A DNA stretch of 32,000 nucleotides from Copranaerobaculum intestinale (GCF_009831105.1 NZ_WUUQ01000001.1:930001-962000); one strand, 5' to 3'. Shown: positions 7,809 through 16,431, numbered from the stretch's first letter. The notes: generated by a model not told the origin, from the letters alone. Translations and numbers: made by a program.

Positions 7809-8591
7809 ATGCCAAAAAAACTAGATAAAGTTTGGAAGAAAAGACTATATGCATGTATGCTTGTGGCAGCGCTGGGAGTATTTGTATTCAGCGGCTATCA
7901 GCTGTATCGTATTTATGTTGCCAATCATGAGGAAAAGCAGGAAGTAAAATCACTTGACGATATTGCCAAGCTTCCGAAAGATTTGGAAAAGATCGATGAA
8001 AATTTTAAAATTGATTTTAAGAAGCTTCAAAAGGTCAATCCGGACATTAAAGCGTGGATCGCCATTCCGGGAACAAATATTTCTTATGCGGTCGTACAGG
8101 GCAAGGACAATGAATACTATTTGAATCATACCTATAAAAAAGCCGAGAATTATGCCGGCGCGATTTTTTTGGATTACCGTGCCAATCCTGATTTTCAGGA
8201 TTTGAATACCTTCATTTATGGTCATAATGTCAAGCATGGTACAATGTTTGCCGAACTGGAAAAATTTAAAAAAGAGGATTTTTATAATAAGCATCGTTAT
8301 GTGTATCTGATGACGGCAGAGGGTAATTATAAATGCCCGATCATCAGCATGTACTCTACCGTGGATGGCTCTGATACCTATATCATGGGCTATACCTCAT
8401 GGACGAGCTTCTCCTCATACATTGATATGATCAAGCAAAATGCGGATTTCAAAATTGATGTACCGGTGCAGGAGGGAGACAAGATCATAACCCTGTCTAC
8501 CTGTTCCTATGAGGATGGACCGGATATCAGCGATAAACGCTATGTATTACATGCTCTGATTCAGAAAGTGGAAGCAAAAGAACAATCGTAA
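7809..8591 (+). CDS. srtB: Class B sortase
   Basis: N-terminal membrane anchor, IAIPGTNISYAVVQGKDNEYYLNH, catalytic His in IYGHNVKHGTMF, catalytic Cys in TLSTC, and a C-terminal Arg (KRYVLHA). ATG 7809 follows GGAAGGTG. The TTG at 7794 is less likely. Confidence 0.85.
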   Translation: MPKKLDKVWKKRLYACMLVAALGVFVFSGYQLYRIYVANHEEKQEVKSLDDIAKLPKDLEKIDENFKIDFKKLQKVNPDIKAWIAIPGTNISYAVVQGKDNEYYLNHTYKKAENYAGAIFLDYRANPDFQDLNTFIYGHNVKHGTMFAELEKFKKEDFYNKHRYVYLMTAEGNYKCPIISMYSTVDGSDTYIMGYTSWTSFSSYIDMIKQNADFKIDVPVQEGDKIITLSTCSYEDGPDISDKRYVLHALIQKVEAKEQS

Positions 8592-8632
8592 TAATGTGAA
8601 CTAAAAGTAAGCAAGCATAAACAAGCAGCTAT

Positions 8633-8673
8633 AAAGGATTGATTCTGTAATGAACAGGGATCATTCCTTTTTC
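8633..8673 (+). terminator. Probable rho-independent terminator after srtB
   Basis: Imperfect stem aaaggattgat/atcattccttt (one mismatch) runs into a T-rich tract. Confidence 0.5.
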
Positions 8674-8714
8674 TTTGACTGCTGTTTTTTTGGAAAGAAA
8701 TCATACAAAAACAC

Positions 8715-8743
8715 TTTACAACAAAACAATGTTATGTTATTAT
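8715..8743 (+). promoter_or_regulatory. Sigma-A promoter of the LiaF-like gene (-35 TTTACA, extended -10 TGtTATTAT)
   Basis: TTTACA 8715-8720, a 17-nt spacer, then TG 8735-8736 and TATTAT 8738-8743. The ATG at 8783 lies downstream. Confidence 0.5.
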
Positions 8744-8766
8744 CAGAGCATCAACAAAACAATGTT
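8719..8766 (+). repeat. Two perfect 15-bp direct repeats CAACAAAACAATGTT (8719-8733, 8752-8766), offset 33 bp
   Basis: Read directly from the sequence. Copy 1 fills the promoter spacer and copy 2 covers the predicted start of the transcript. Confidence 0.9.
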
Positions 8767-8782
8767 TCGTGAGGTGAACGCA

Positions 8783-9501
8783 ATGAGAGATACATTAGGA
8801 CGCCGTTTGATCGGCTTAGCACTGATTGCAGTTGGTGCAGGATATATTGGAGATTTGATGGGATATTGGTATTTCAGTATTTTCTTCCCTGGATGGTGGA
8901 CGCTGTTTATCATTTTGCCATGTCTTTGGTCCATCACCCAGGAAGGCTTCCATGTCGGTAATGTGACGTTTCTGATTTTCGGAGCTTACCTTTTGGCTGC
9001 TGCCAATGATTGGATCAGTATCCGGCTGAGCTTTGCCTACATCATTCCGATCTTTCTGGTAATCTTCGGGCTGAAGCTGCTGCTGTCACGCAGTCATACG
9101 GCGAAGATCGAAAAAAAAAGAAGTCCTATGTGAATGAGGATGGATATGCCGACATCCGCCAGGAAGCTTATTTTTCCGCTCATACATTTGTAGAATCGGG
9201 AAAGATCAACAGTGTGCATATCGAGAGTGTGTTTGCCAGCATCACCTTGGATCTGACGGACTGCGATCTGCATAATCTGATGTTTATGACCCTGGAAACA
9301 GTAATTGGTAATATTGAAGTACGCATCCCTGATGATGTGACACCGATCATCAGCTCTGATAATGTGATCGGTTTCTGCAAGTGTGATGGTAAAACCGGCA
9401 GCTATGAGATACCTGTGGATGTATCCAGTGTCCTAGGTTATGTGCACATTGTCCAGGTACCGGTACGATTTTTCAAAGAAGGCTCGTTTAAAGAAAAATA
9501 A
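8783..9501 (+). pseudogene. LiaF-like / DUF2154-type envelope-stress membrane protein, interrupted by a frameshift at an A9 run
   Basis: SD GAGGTGA (8771-8777) precedes ATG 8783. The frame-2 part (four hydrophobic helices) stops at TGA 9131-9133. Frame 1 continues from the A9 run (9111-9119) to 9501 and encodes a beta-rich C-terminal domain. One extra A would give a single 239-aa protein. Confidence 0.7.
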
Positions 9502-9502
9502 G

Positions 9503-9527
9503 AAAGTAGCCGCGGCTACTTTTTTTC
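9503..9527 (+). terminator. Rho-independent terminator
   Basis: Stem aaagtagccg/cggctacttt is followed by a T-run directly after the stop at 9501. Confidence 0.75.
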
Positions 9528-9561
9528 ATGTTTTTTACATATACTGCATTGAGGTGAAGTT

Positions 9562-10650
9562 ATGTGGAAACCAAAATGCCGAGTTCTTACAATGTCTATT
9601 TTGACCCTGGTTTTGACGGGAATTATTATGGTCGGAAGCTCCAGCCGCGTATGGGCAAAATTTAAGTTTCATGATCCGTATTACTTTATGAGCCGCCAGG
9701 CAATTTTTGCGGTGCTGGGCTTGGCGGTTATGTATGTGTTCAGTAAAATTGATCTGCAGCGTCTGCGGAAGTACGCCAAGCCGCTGTTTTACTTTTGTGT
9801 GCTGCTGTTGATTTTGGTGCTGATTCCCGGTCTGGGGGTTCAGCGCAATGGATCGCGCAGCTGGTTTGGTGCTGGATCGTTTTTGATTCAGCCATCGGAA
9901 TTCTTTAAAATTGCGATTATCATTTACATTGCGGATTTTCTGGCAAAGCGCTATCGGGTGAAAACCTTCATGAAGGATCTTCTGCGTCCGGCAATGGCGA
10001 CCATGCTGGGCTTTGGCTTGATTTTATTGCAGCCGGATTTCGGCAGCGGCATCGTTATGGTGTGCAGTATTGTAGTCATGGTGCTGGCGGCGGATTCGCC
10101 GCTTCATTATTTTGTGCGGGTGGGATTTCTTGGCGCTGTTGGCCTTGGCGGCTTAATTATTTCAGCCCCGTATCGGCTAGCCCGTATCACATCCTTTGTC
10201 AATCCCTGGAAGGATCCCTTAGGCTCGGGATTCCAGATCATCCAATCGCTGTTTGCCATCGCGCCTGGGGGGATTCTTGGTGTTGGGTTTGATCAGAGCA
10301 TGCAGAAAAATTTTTATCTGCCGGAACCGCAGACAGATTTCATTTTTGCCATTTTTGCCGAAGAATTCGGTTTTATCGGCTGCGCCTTGCTGATCAGTGT
10401 TTTTTTGTTGGTGATCTATGAGGGCGTCAAAATTGCCAAGCAATGCGGCGATCCTTATTTAAGCTATGTAGCGATCGGATTAATTGCCTTGTTTGCGATT
10501 CAGGTGATGATCAATCTGGGAGTCGTAGTCGGACTTTTTCCCGTTACCGGGATCACCCTTCCTTTTATTTCATACGGCGGCAGTTCACTTATGGTTATGA
10601 TGGGTAGTATGGGGTTATTGATAAGTATAGCAAATAGCAGTTATGATTGA
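9562..10650 (+). CDS. ftsW: SEDS-family peptidoglycan glycosyltransferase (FtsW/RodA/SpoVE); FtsW by context
   Basis: Polytopic membrane protein with SEDS motifs (GSRSWF, QPSEFFK, LQPDFGS, PEPQTDFIFA, ITLPFISYGGSS). SD GAGGTGA precedes the ATG. It lies directly upstream of murG. Confidence 0.85.
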   Translation: MWKPKCRVLTMSILTLVLTGIIMVGSSSRVWAKFKFHDPYYFMSRQAIFAVLGLAVMYVFSKIDLQRLRKYAKPLFYFCVLLLILVLIPGLGVQRNGSRSWFGAGSFLIQPSEFFKIAIIIYIADFLAKRYRVKTFMKDLLRPAMATMLGFGLILLQPDFGSGIVMVCSIVVMVLAADSPLHYFVRVGFLGAVGLGGLIISAPYRLARITSFVNPWKDPLGSGFQIIQSLFAIAPGGILGVGFDQSMQKNFYLPEPQTDFIFAIFAEEFGFIGCALLISVFLLVIYEGVKIAKQCGDPYLSYVAIGLIALFAIQVMINLGVVVGLFPVTGITLPFISYGGSSLMVMMGSMGLLISIANSSYD

Positions 10651-10710
10651 TTTTGAAAGAAATATCAGTCAGAAATTTATGAAAATATTAGCGTGGGCAA
10701 ACTGAATCCA

Positions 10711-10719
10711 TGGTATAAT
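10711..10719 (+). promoter_or_regulatory. Extended -10 element TGgTATAAT upstream of murG
   Basis: A perfect TGnTATAAT lies 21 nt upstream of ATG 10740. The -35 is weak. Confidence 0.4.
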
Positions 10720-10739
10720 AAAAAACAGGGAGTGATTCC

Positions 10740-11819
10740 ATGAGAATGTTGATTACTACCGGAGGTACCGGTGGTCATATATATCCGGCGATTGCTTTGG
10801 CTGACGGAGCGAAAGCACGCGATCCAAAATGTGAAATATTGTTTGTTGGAAACGATGACCGCATGGAAGCGGTTGAGATACCAAAGCATGGTTACGCCTT
10901 TGAAGGGATACATGCTTCCGGATTGAGCGGAGGACTGATCAATAAGGCGAAGGCACTGCTTCGTACCGCTCGCTGCTATCAGCAGGCAAAGAAAATAATC
11001 CGTCGGTTTCATCCGGATATCGTCGTTGGTTTCGGCGGCTATGTGAGCGCCCCGGTCATGCTGGCGGCACATAGCTGTCATGTGAAAACGATGATTCATG
11101 AACAGAATTCCATTGTGGGAGTTGCCAATAAGGCGGTTGCTAAAAAAGTTGATGCAATTGTTATCTGCTATGAAAAATGTTTGGAAGTATTCGACAGCGA
11201 GAAGACCCGATTGCTGGGAAATCCGCGGGCCTCGATGGTACAGAAAATTGATCATGATAAAACCAGGCCGTATTTACAGGAACTGGGGTTAAATGACAAA
11301 AAACCAATCCTTCTTGTGGTCATGGGATCGCTTGGATCAACAAGTGTCAATGATTTGATGAAACAGGCGCTGCCGGAAGTGAATCCACAGTATCAGATTG
11401 TTTTTGTCAGCGGCAGAAACAACTATGAAGAAATGAAAAACAGTTTTTCGCAAACGAATATTACAGTTGTTGATTATGTCGATCAGCTTCAGCTGATGGA
11501 TGCCGTATCGCTGATGATCTGCCGTGCCGGAGCATCGACCCTGGCCGAAATGACTGCGATGGGAATTCCCGGAATTTTGATTCCAAGTCCTTATGTCGCA
11601 CACAATCACCAGTTTTATAATGCCGGGGTTCTGGTGGATGCTAAGGCGGCCATGATGATAGAAGAAACTAAGCTTGATGGTAAAACGCTGAATAAGGCTA
11701 TTGAAAAAATCATGTCCGATCCAATTCGTCGGCAGTCGATGCGGGCTGCTTCCTTAAAGCTTGGATTTCCCCATGCCTGTGAGGATATGCTGGACTGGAT
11801 CGAAGAATTACTGAAGTGA
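10740..11819 (+). CDS. murG: Undecaprenyl-PP-MurNAc-pentapeptide UDP-GlcNAc transferase
   Basis: N-terminus LITTGGTGGHIYPAIALA, a C-terminal nucleotide-sugar binding region (ICRAGASTLAEMTAMGIPGILIP) and typical length. Confidence 0.95.
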   Translation: MRMLITTGGTGGHIYPAIALADGAKARDPKCEILFVGNDDRMEAVEIPKHGYAFEGIHASGLSGGLINKAKALLRTARCYQQAKKIIRRFHPDIVVGFGGYVSAPVMLAAHSCHVKTMIHEQNSIVGVANKAVAKKVDAIVICYEKCLEVFDSEKTRLLGNPRASMVQKIDHDKTRPYLQELGLNDKKPILLVVMGSLGSTSVNDLMKQALPEVNPQYQIVFVSGRNNYEEMKNSFSQTNITVVDYVDQLQLMDAVSLMICRAGASTLAEMTAMGIPGILIPSPYVAHNHQFYNAGVLVDAKAAMMIEETKLDGKTLNKAIEKIMSDPIRRQSMRAASLKLGFPHACEDMLDWIEELLK

Positions 11820-11834
11820 AAAGGTGAAGAGTAT

Positions 11835-12728
11835 ATGATTGAAAAACGATTAGAACAATACGGTGATGTGGAATGCAGCGCATTGCTGAGTAAGCATACT
11901 ACATTTCGTATCGGCGGCGCGTGCCGCTATTTGGTTTATCCGAAAAGTGAAATCGGACTCACCCAAATTATTGATATTTTGCAGGCGGAACAATTGCCGT
12001 TCAAGGTGCTGGGAAAAGGCAGTAATATCTTGGCTTCGGATCGTGATTACAGCGGAGCGATTATCTGTCTCGACCGTTACTTTAATGATTTAAGCTTTGA
12101 GGCAGACGGAACCTGTGTGGCACAGGCTGGCTGCAGTATTATTCTGGCAGCCCACGAAGCAATGAAGCGAAGTCTTAGCGGCTTGGAATTCGCCAGTGGT
12201 ATTCCGGCGACAATCGGCGGCTGTGTCTTTATGAATGCCGGCGCCTATCGCAGCGACATGTCACAGGTGGTCACCTCTATCTATGTGTATCGGGATGGTG
12301 AGATGTCTTGGATCGATGCGGATGAAGCAGATTTTTCTTATCGTCACAGCATCTTTCAGGAACATCCTGACTGGATTGTGCTGGGTGTGAAATTTGCCCT
12401 GGAGCCGGGTGATCAAAAGGAAATCGCGGATTTGATGGATTCGCGCCGAACGCGTCGGCTGGCCTCACAGCCGCTGGAATATCCTTGTGCCGGTTCGGTG
12501 TTCCGCAATCCGGGAGAGATTCCGGCTTGGAAACTGATCGAAGATATCGGCATGCGCGGAAAACGAATCGGCGGCGCTATGGTTTCAGAGAAGCATGCTA
12601 ATTTTATCGTAAATGCCGGAGGAGCAAAAGCCAGTGAGGTAATGGAGCTGGTCGAGGAAATACAGCGTCGGGTTCAGGATGAATATCAAATGGAATTGAA
12701 AATGGAAGTGGAGCGTTTTAACTGGTGA
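11835..12728 (+). CDS. murB: UDP-N-acetylenolpyruvoylglucosamine reductase
   Basis: FAD-binding N-terminus (HTTFRIGG, LGKGSNIL) and C-terminus AGSVFRNP...SEKHANFIVN. Typical length of 297 aa. Confidence 0.95.
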   Translation: MIEKRLEQYGDVECSALLSKHTTFRIGGACRYLVYPKSEIGLTQIIDILQAEQLPFKVLGKGSNILASDRDYSGAIICLDRYFNDLSFEADGTCVAQAGCSIILAAHEAMKRSLSGLEFASGIPATIGGCVFMNAGAYRSDMSQVVTSIYVYRDGEMSWIDADEADFSYRHSIFQEHPDWIVLGVKFALEPGDQKEIADLMDSRRTRRLASQPLEYPCAGSVFRNPGEIPAWKLIEDIGMRGKRIGGAMVSEKHANFIVNAGGAKASEVMELVEEIQRRVQDEYQMELKMEVERFNW

Positions 12729-13495
12729 AGCTAGACGAGATTTATGATGAACATGATCGAAAAATGCAGGAACTTCAAATTCGAAAGAAACACCGTCGCC
12801 GTAAATGGAAAATCTTTCGCTGGAGTTTTTTCTGCATGATCTTAGTGCTGGGAACGCTTTATTTTGTTTCGGATTATTCCAAAGTAAAATCTTTGACGGT
12901 TAAGAATTCAACCTTTTATACCGAAGAAGAAATATTAAATAAAGCAGGACTCAGCTATAATACTCGGTATTTGCTGGTTCCCGGCTTTTACATATCACAT
13001 AAGCTGGAAAACGATCCGCTGATCGATTCAGTCGATGTATCGAAAAATCTGGATGGAGCGATTATCATACAGGTAAATGAAATTCCTGTAGTTGGTTATC
13101 TTGCGGAGGACGGCGGTAAGCTGAAGCTTTTGCTGACCAATGGCAAGACTGTGAATGTTGATCAAAAATATTTAAGCAGCGTGGTGCTGTATCCGCAGCT
13201 GGACGGCTTTAAAAAAAGTCAGCTTCCTAAAATTGCCAAAGCGTTTAAGGGAAAGAATGCACAAACGACAAATGCCATCATTTCCATGATTTCGGAAATA
13301 CATCCATATTCAACCAATTATGATGCAAATATGCTGCAGCTGGTTATGCAGGACGGCAACCGCGTCTATACTTCCCTGAAAGGGGTCAAGCTGCTGGATC
13401 AGTATACGAAAATCTTGGCCTATCTGCAGGGATCACACGTCTGTTTGTTCGTTGATGAAGACACCAACAGCATACAGAAAAATAAATGTCCGTAA
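12725..13495 (+). CDS. divIB: Cell division protein DivIB/FtsQ (POTRA domain)
   Basis: Basic cytoplasmic tail, a single TM segment (FFCMILVLGTLYFV), then a POTRA-like segment (VKSLTVKNSTFYTEEEIL). The GTG start overlaps the murB stop (GTGA). The position after murB fits. Confidence 0.75.
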   Translation: MKLDEIYDEHDRKMQELQIRKKHRRRKWKIFRWSFFCMILVLGTLYFVSDYSKVKSLTVKNSTFYTEEEILNKAGLSYNTRYLLVPGFYISHKLENDPLIDSVDVSKNLDGAIIIQVNEIPVVGYLAEDGGKLKLLLTNGKTVNVDQKYLSSVVLYPQLDGFKKSQLPKIAKAFKGKNAQTTNAIISMISEIHPYSTNYDANMLQLVMQDGNRVYTSLKGVKLLDQYTKILAYLQGSHVCLFVDEDTNSIQKNKCP

Positions 13496-13519
13496 AAGCG
13501 TTTGAGAGAACGCTTTTTA
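13495..13519 (+). terminator. Rho-independent terminator after divIB
   Basis: Stem aaagcgtt/aacgcttt with a 6-nt loop, then a T5 run. Confidence 0.8.
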
Positions 13520-13520
13520 G

Positions 13521-13548
13521 TTGTAACCCAAGTCAATCGCGGTATAAT
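13521..13548 (+). promoter_or_regulatory. Candidate promoter P1 upstream of asp23 (TTGTAA, 16 nt, TATAAT)
   Basis: Hexamers at 13521-13526 and 13543-13548. Confidence 0.4.
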
Positions 13549-13600
13549 AAGAATGAAGCATATCGAGGAAACCGGAATTACAGGAAATTATCGGTAATGT

Positions 13601-13629
13601 TTTGCATTTTAAAGTTTCTTTGATATAAT
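13601..13629 (+). promoter_or_regulatory. Candidate promoter P2 upstream of asp23 (TTTGCA, 17 nt, TGaTATAAT)
   Basis: -35 at 13601-13606 and an extended -10 at 13621-13629. ATG 13654 is preceded by SD AAGGAGGA. Confidence 0.5.
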
Positions 13630-13653
13630 AATTTAGATATAAGGAGGAATATT

Positions 13654-14016
13654 ATGTCAATCACGAAAAACACTCAGTTTGGCGATATCAATATTTCCAT
13701 CGAGGCGATTGCGTCCCTTGCGGGAGGAGTCGTTACCGAATGCTACGGTGTCGTAGGTATGGCATCGCAGAAGCTGGTGAAGGATAATTGGGCGGAACTG
13801 TTAAAAAAAGAAAATTACTCGAAGGGTGTCGTTGTCCGTCAAAATGAAGAAGGGCAGTTAGAGCTCGATCTGTATATTATTGTGTCTCATGGTATTAAAA
13901 TCTCCGAGGTGGTACATGAAGCACAGAAAAAAGTAAAATATATGCTTGAAAAATCTCTGGAATTGGAATTTAATGCGATTAATGTCTATGTCCAGGGCGT
14001 AAAGGTAATAAAGTAG
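13654..14016 (+). CDS. Asp23/Gls24-family alkaline shock protein (YloU-like)
   Basis: 120 aa with the typical pattern IA..AA.EV.GV and a C-terminal VNV.V.GV. Paired with a downstream DAK2 gene, as in yloU-yloV. Confidence 0.9.
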   Translation: MSITKNTQFGDINISIEAIASLAGGVVTECYGVVGMASQKLVKDNWAELLKKENYSKGVVVRQNEEGQLELDLYIIVSHGIKISEVVHEAQKKVKYMLEKSLELEFNAINVYVQGVKVIK

Positions 14017-14025
14017 GGATAGAGT

Positions 14026-15651
14026 ATGGAAATCATTAATGGAATAGTATTTAAGCAGATGCTGGAAAGCGGTGCAAATAATCTGATGAACCATCAGAGC
14101 GATATTGATGCGCTGAATGTTTTCCCGGTGCCGGATGGAGATACCGGCACCAATATGACTCTGACGTTTACAGCCGGCGTCAAAGAGACGATGAAGACGG
14201 ATGCCAATTATGTCAGCGAACTGGCAAAGGTTCTGTCAAAAGGCTTGTTGATGGGAGCTCGCGGTAATTCCGGAGTTATTTTATCACAGATTTTCCGCGG
14301 TCTTTATCAGGGTGTGGAAGGTATGAAAGAAGTAAACGGCCTGCAGTTGGCCAATGCTTTTGTCAATGGTTCAAGAGTTGCCTATAAGGCGGTTATGCGT
14401 CCGGTTGAAGGTACTATTTTAACCGTCATTCGCGAAGCAGCAGATTATACGTATGATATGGCTGTGAAAACTGAGAACATAACCTGTAAGCAGGTTGTTG
14501 ATAAAATGGTGGAGGAAGCCAGAGAATCCCTGAAACGCACACCGGATCTGCTTCCGGTATTAAAAGAAGTCGGTGTAGTGGACAGCGGCGGTACTGGTTT
14601 ATTAGCGATCTTGGAAGGCTTTCAGGCTGCAATCGAGGGTCATCCGTTTGAACGCAGTGAATCAAATGATACGCAGTCCATGGCAGCGGAAAAAATGGAG
14701 AGTGAAGAATTCGGGTACTGTACTGAATTTATTATTCGTCTGAGTGAACATGCCCAAAAGACATTTAATGAAGAGGCGCTAAGAGATGCTCTGGCGCGTA
14801 TCGGTAATTCGATCGTTTGCGTACAGGATGAGGATATCGTGAAGGTGCATGTGCATACGCTGACTCCTGGTGATGCATTGAATCTTGGCCAGCGTCACGG
14901 TGAGTTTGTGAAACTGAAAATTGAAAATATGCAGGAGCAGCATGAAAATGTGCTGATTAATGCGGAAACTCCGAAAGCGGAAAAGAAACCAAAACAGAAA
15001 TATGCGCTAATTGCAGTTGCGGCCGGAAGCGGATTAAAGGATATGTTTGAAGAACTGCGGGTTGACTATGTCATCAGCGGCGGTCAGACAATGAATCCAT
15101 CTACCGAGGATTTTGTAGAAGCAATCAATAAGCTGCACGCGGAACACATCTTTGTTCTGCCGAACAATTCCAATATTGTATTAGCTGCCCAGCAGGCTGC
15201 TACGGTCTGTGAAGATACTCAGGTACACGTAATTCCATCGAAAACGATACCTCAGGGCTTGTGTGCATGTATCAACTTTAATCCGGATGTTGAATTTGAC
15301 ATCAATTTTGCGGAAATGAACGATGCACTATCATTAGTAAAAACCGGACAGGTCACTTATGCGATCAAGGATACTACCTTCGAAGGTCTTGAAATTAAAG
15401 CCGGTGATTACATGGGCATCAAAGAAAAAGATATCACAGTATCCACTCCGAATAAGGTAGAGGCGACCAAACAGCTGTTGAGTCAGTTGATCGATGAGGA
15501 CAGTGAAATTGTTACATTGATTGCCGGTGAAGATGTGAGCGATGAAGAGCTGCACGACGTAACATCTTATCTGGAAGCAAATTATGAAGCAGAAGTAGAA
15601 GTCAATCGCGGTAACCAGCCGGTGTATTCTTTTATCATCGGTGTTGAATAA
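14026..15651 (+). CDS. DAK2 domain-containing protein (YloV-like, DhaL-type N-domain plus C-terminal domain)
   Basis: N-terminal DhaL motifs (LNVFPVPDGDTGTNM, GARGNSGVILSQ, VDSGGTG). Length of 541 aa and position next to asp23. Confidence 0.9.
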   Translation: MEIINGIVFKQMLESGANNLMNHQSDIDALNVFPVPDGDTGTNMTLTFTAGVKETMKTDANYVSELAKVLSKGLLMGARGNSGVILSQIFRGLYQGVEGMKEVNGLQLANAFVNGSRVAYKAVMRPVEGTILTVIREAADYTYDMAVKTENITCKQVVDKMVEEARESLKRTPDLLPVLKEVGVVDSGGTGLLAILEGFQAAIEGHPFERSESNDTQSMAAEKMESEEFGYCTEFIIRLSEHAQKTFNEEALRDALARIGNSIVCVQDEDIVKVHVHTLTPGDALNLGQRHGEFVKLKIENMQEQHENVLINAETPKAEKKPKQKYALIAVAAGSGLKDMFEELRVDYVISGGQTMNPSTEDFVEAINKLHAEHIFVLPNNSNIVLAAQQAATVCEDTQVHVIPSKTIPQGLCACINFNPDVEFDINFAEMNDALSLVKTGQVTYAIKDTTFEGLEIKAGDYMGIKEKDITVSTPNKVEATKQLLSQLIDEDSEIVTLIAGEDVSDEELHDVTSYLEANYEAEVEVNRGNQPVYSFIIGVE

Positions 15652-15681
15652 TAAAAGCAAAGATACAGTGCTGAATCATGA

Positions 15682-15728
15682 AGTGAACCCCAAAGATTGG
15701 ACAACCCAAAAAGGGGGTTCACTTTTTA
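15682..15728 (+). terminator. Probable terminator after yloV
   Basis: Stem agtgaacccc/ggggttcact with a large (~22 nt) loop, followed by T5. Confidence 0.5.
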
Positions 15729-16431
15729 TATGCGGTAATCATCCAGGGCTTGAAGTCTATTTAAATTACGTAAAGTTAATAAAGTTATAGCAAATTGATA
15801 TTTTTCAATATTGAAGGAGCTCAAAAGTTGAACAGCATAAGGAACCTTTTACAAATAAGGTTATTAGACGAAAGAAACAATAGCAGATATGTATTACCAG
15901 CTGCTGATAATTTTTCATTGAACCGCGATTCTTAAGCGCGATCGCAAAATACATACTGCGCATGGAGCTTGAATAGGCCGGTTGTCGTAATTCTGAAAGG
16001 AGATAAAGCATGGGTAAAGGATATTCCCGCAAAGCTTATTTTGGTCCTTGTGTTTCGAGAATATTAATAAGGATGAAGAATCTTATGGTTTATTACCAGA
16101 TAAGAAGAAATTTCAGCCAAGCAGGAATATCTGCTGTTTTGGCAATGCTTTTTCATGTTAAAATAAATACATAAGAATGTGTGTTAAAAAATGATAAGTA
16201 TTAAGGGAGATGCGGTCATTCTTTCATGTATCAGTGCTCATGGCATTGTTGGCTGCTTGATCAGGATATCTGATGTGCGTATTCAAGTCACAAGATCAAT
16301 GAACTGCGCTTTGCTTATAGGATGAAAATCAATATTTCCCGTTACAAAACGATTCATAGAAAGAGTGACTTCATAGACTGAAAGGTTGTCATGCAGGGCG
16401 GCCTTTCACAAAAAATTAAGGTGGCCAAGAT

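Noticed and set aside
9010-9501. The ORF-track entry as an independent 163-aa gene
   Set aside because: Its TTG start lies inside the hydrophobic part of the upstream frame and has no SD. The meaningful part begins only at the A9 run. I interpret it as the 3' half of the frameshifted LiaF-like gene.
10677-11255. 192-aa minus-strand ORF overlapping the ftsW-murG junction and murG
   Set aside because: It is antisense to murG, resembles no family and has no ribosome-binding site. Shadow ORF.
15805-16032. 75-aa minus-strand ORF in the spacer
   Set aside because: It has a TTG start without a usable SD and a composition typical of random AT-rich sequence. It also overlaps the start of the SD-preceded plus-strand micro-ORF.
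15729-16431. c-di-GMP riboswitch, tRNA, IS remnant or other structured RNA in the spacer before the GGDEF gene
   Set aside because: I could not find the GEMM-I/II conserved cores, a cloverleaf, or terminal inverted repeats. The only hairpin, gaaagg...cctttc at 16382-16409, has a 16-nt loop and no T-run. It remains unexplained rather than assigned.
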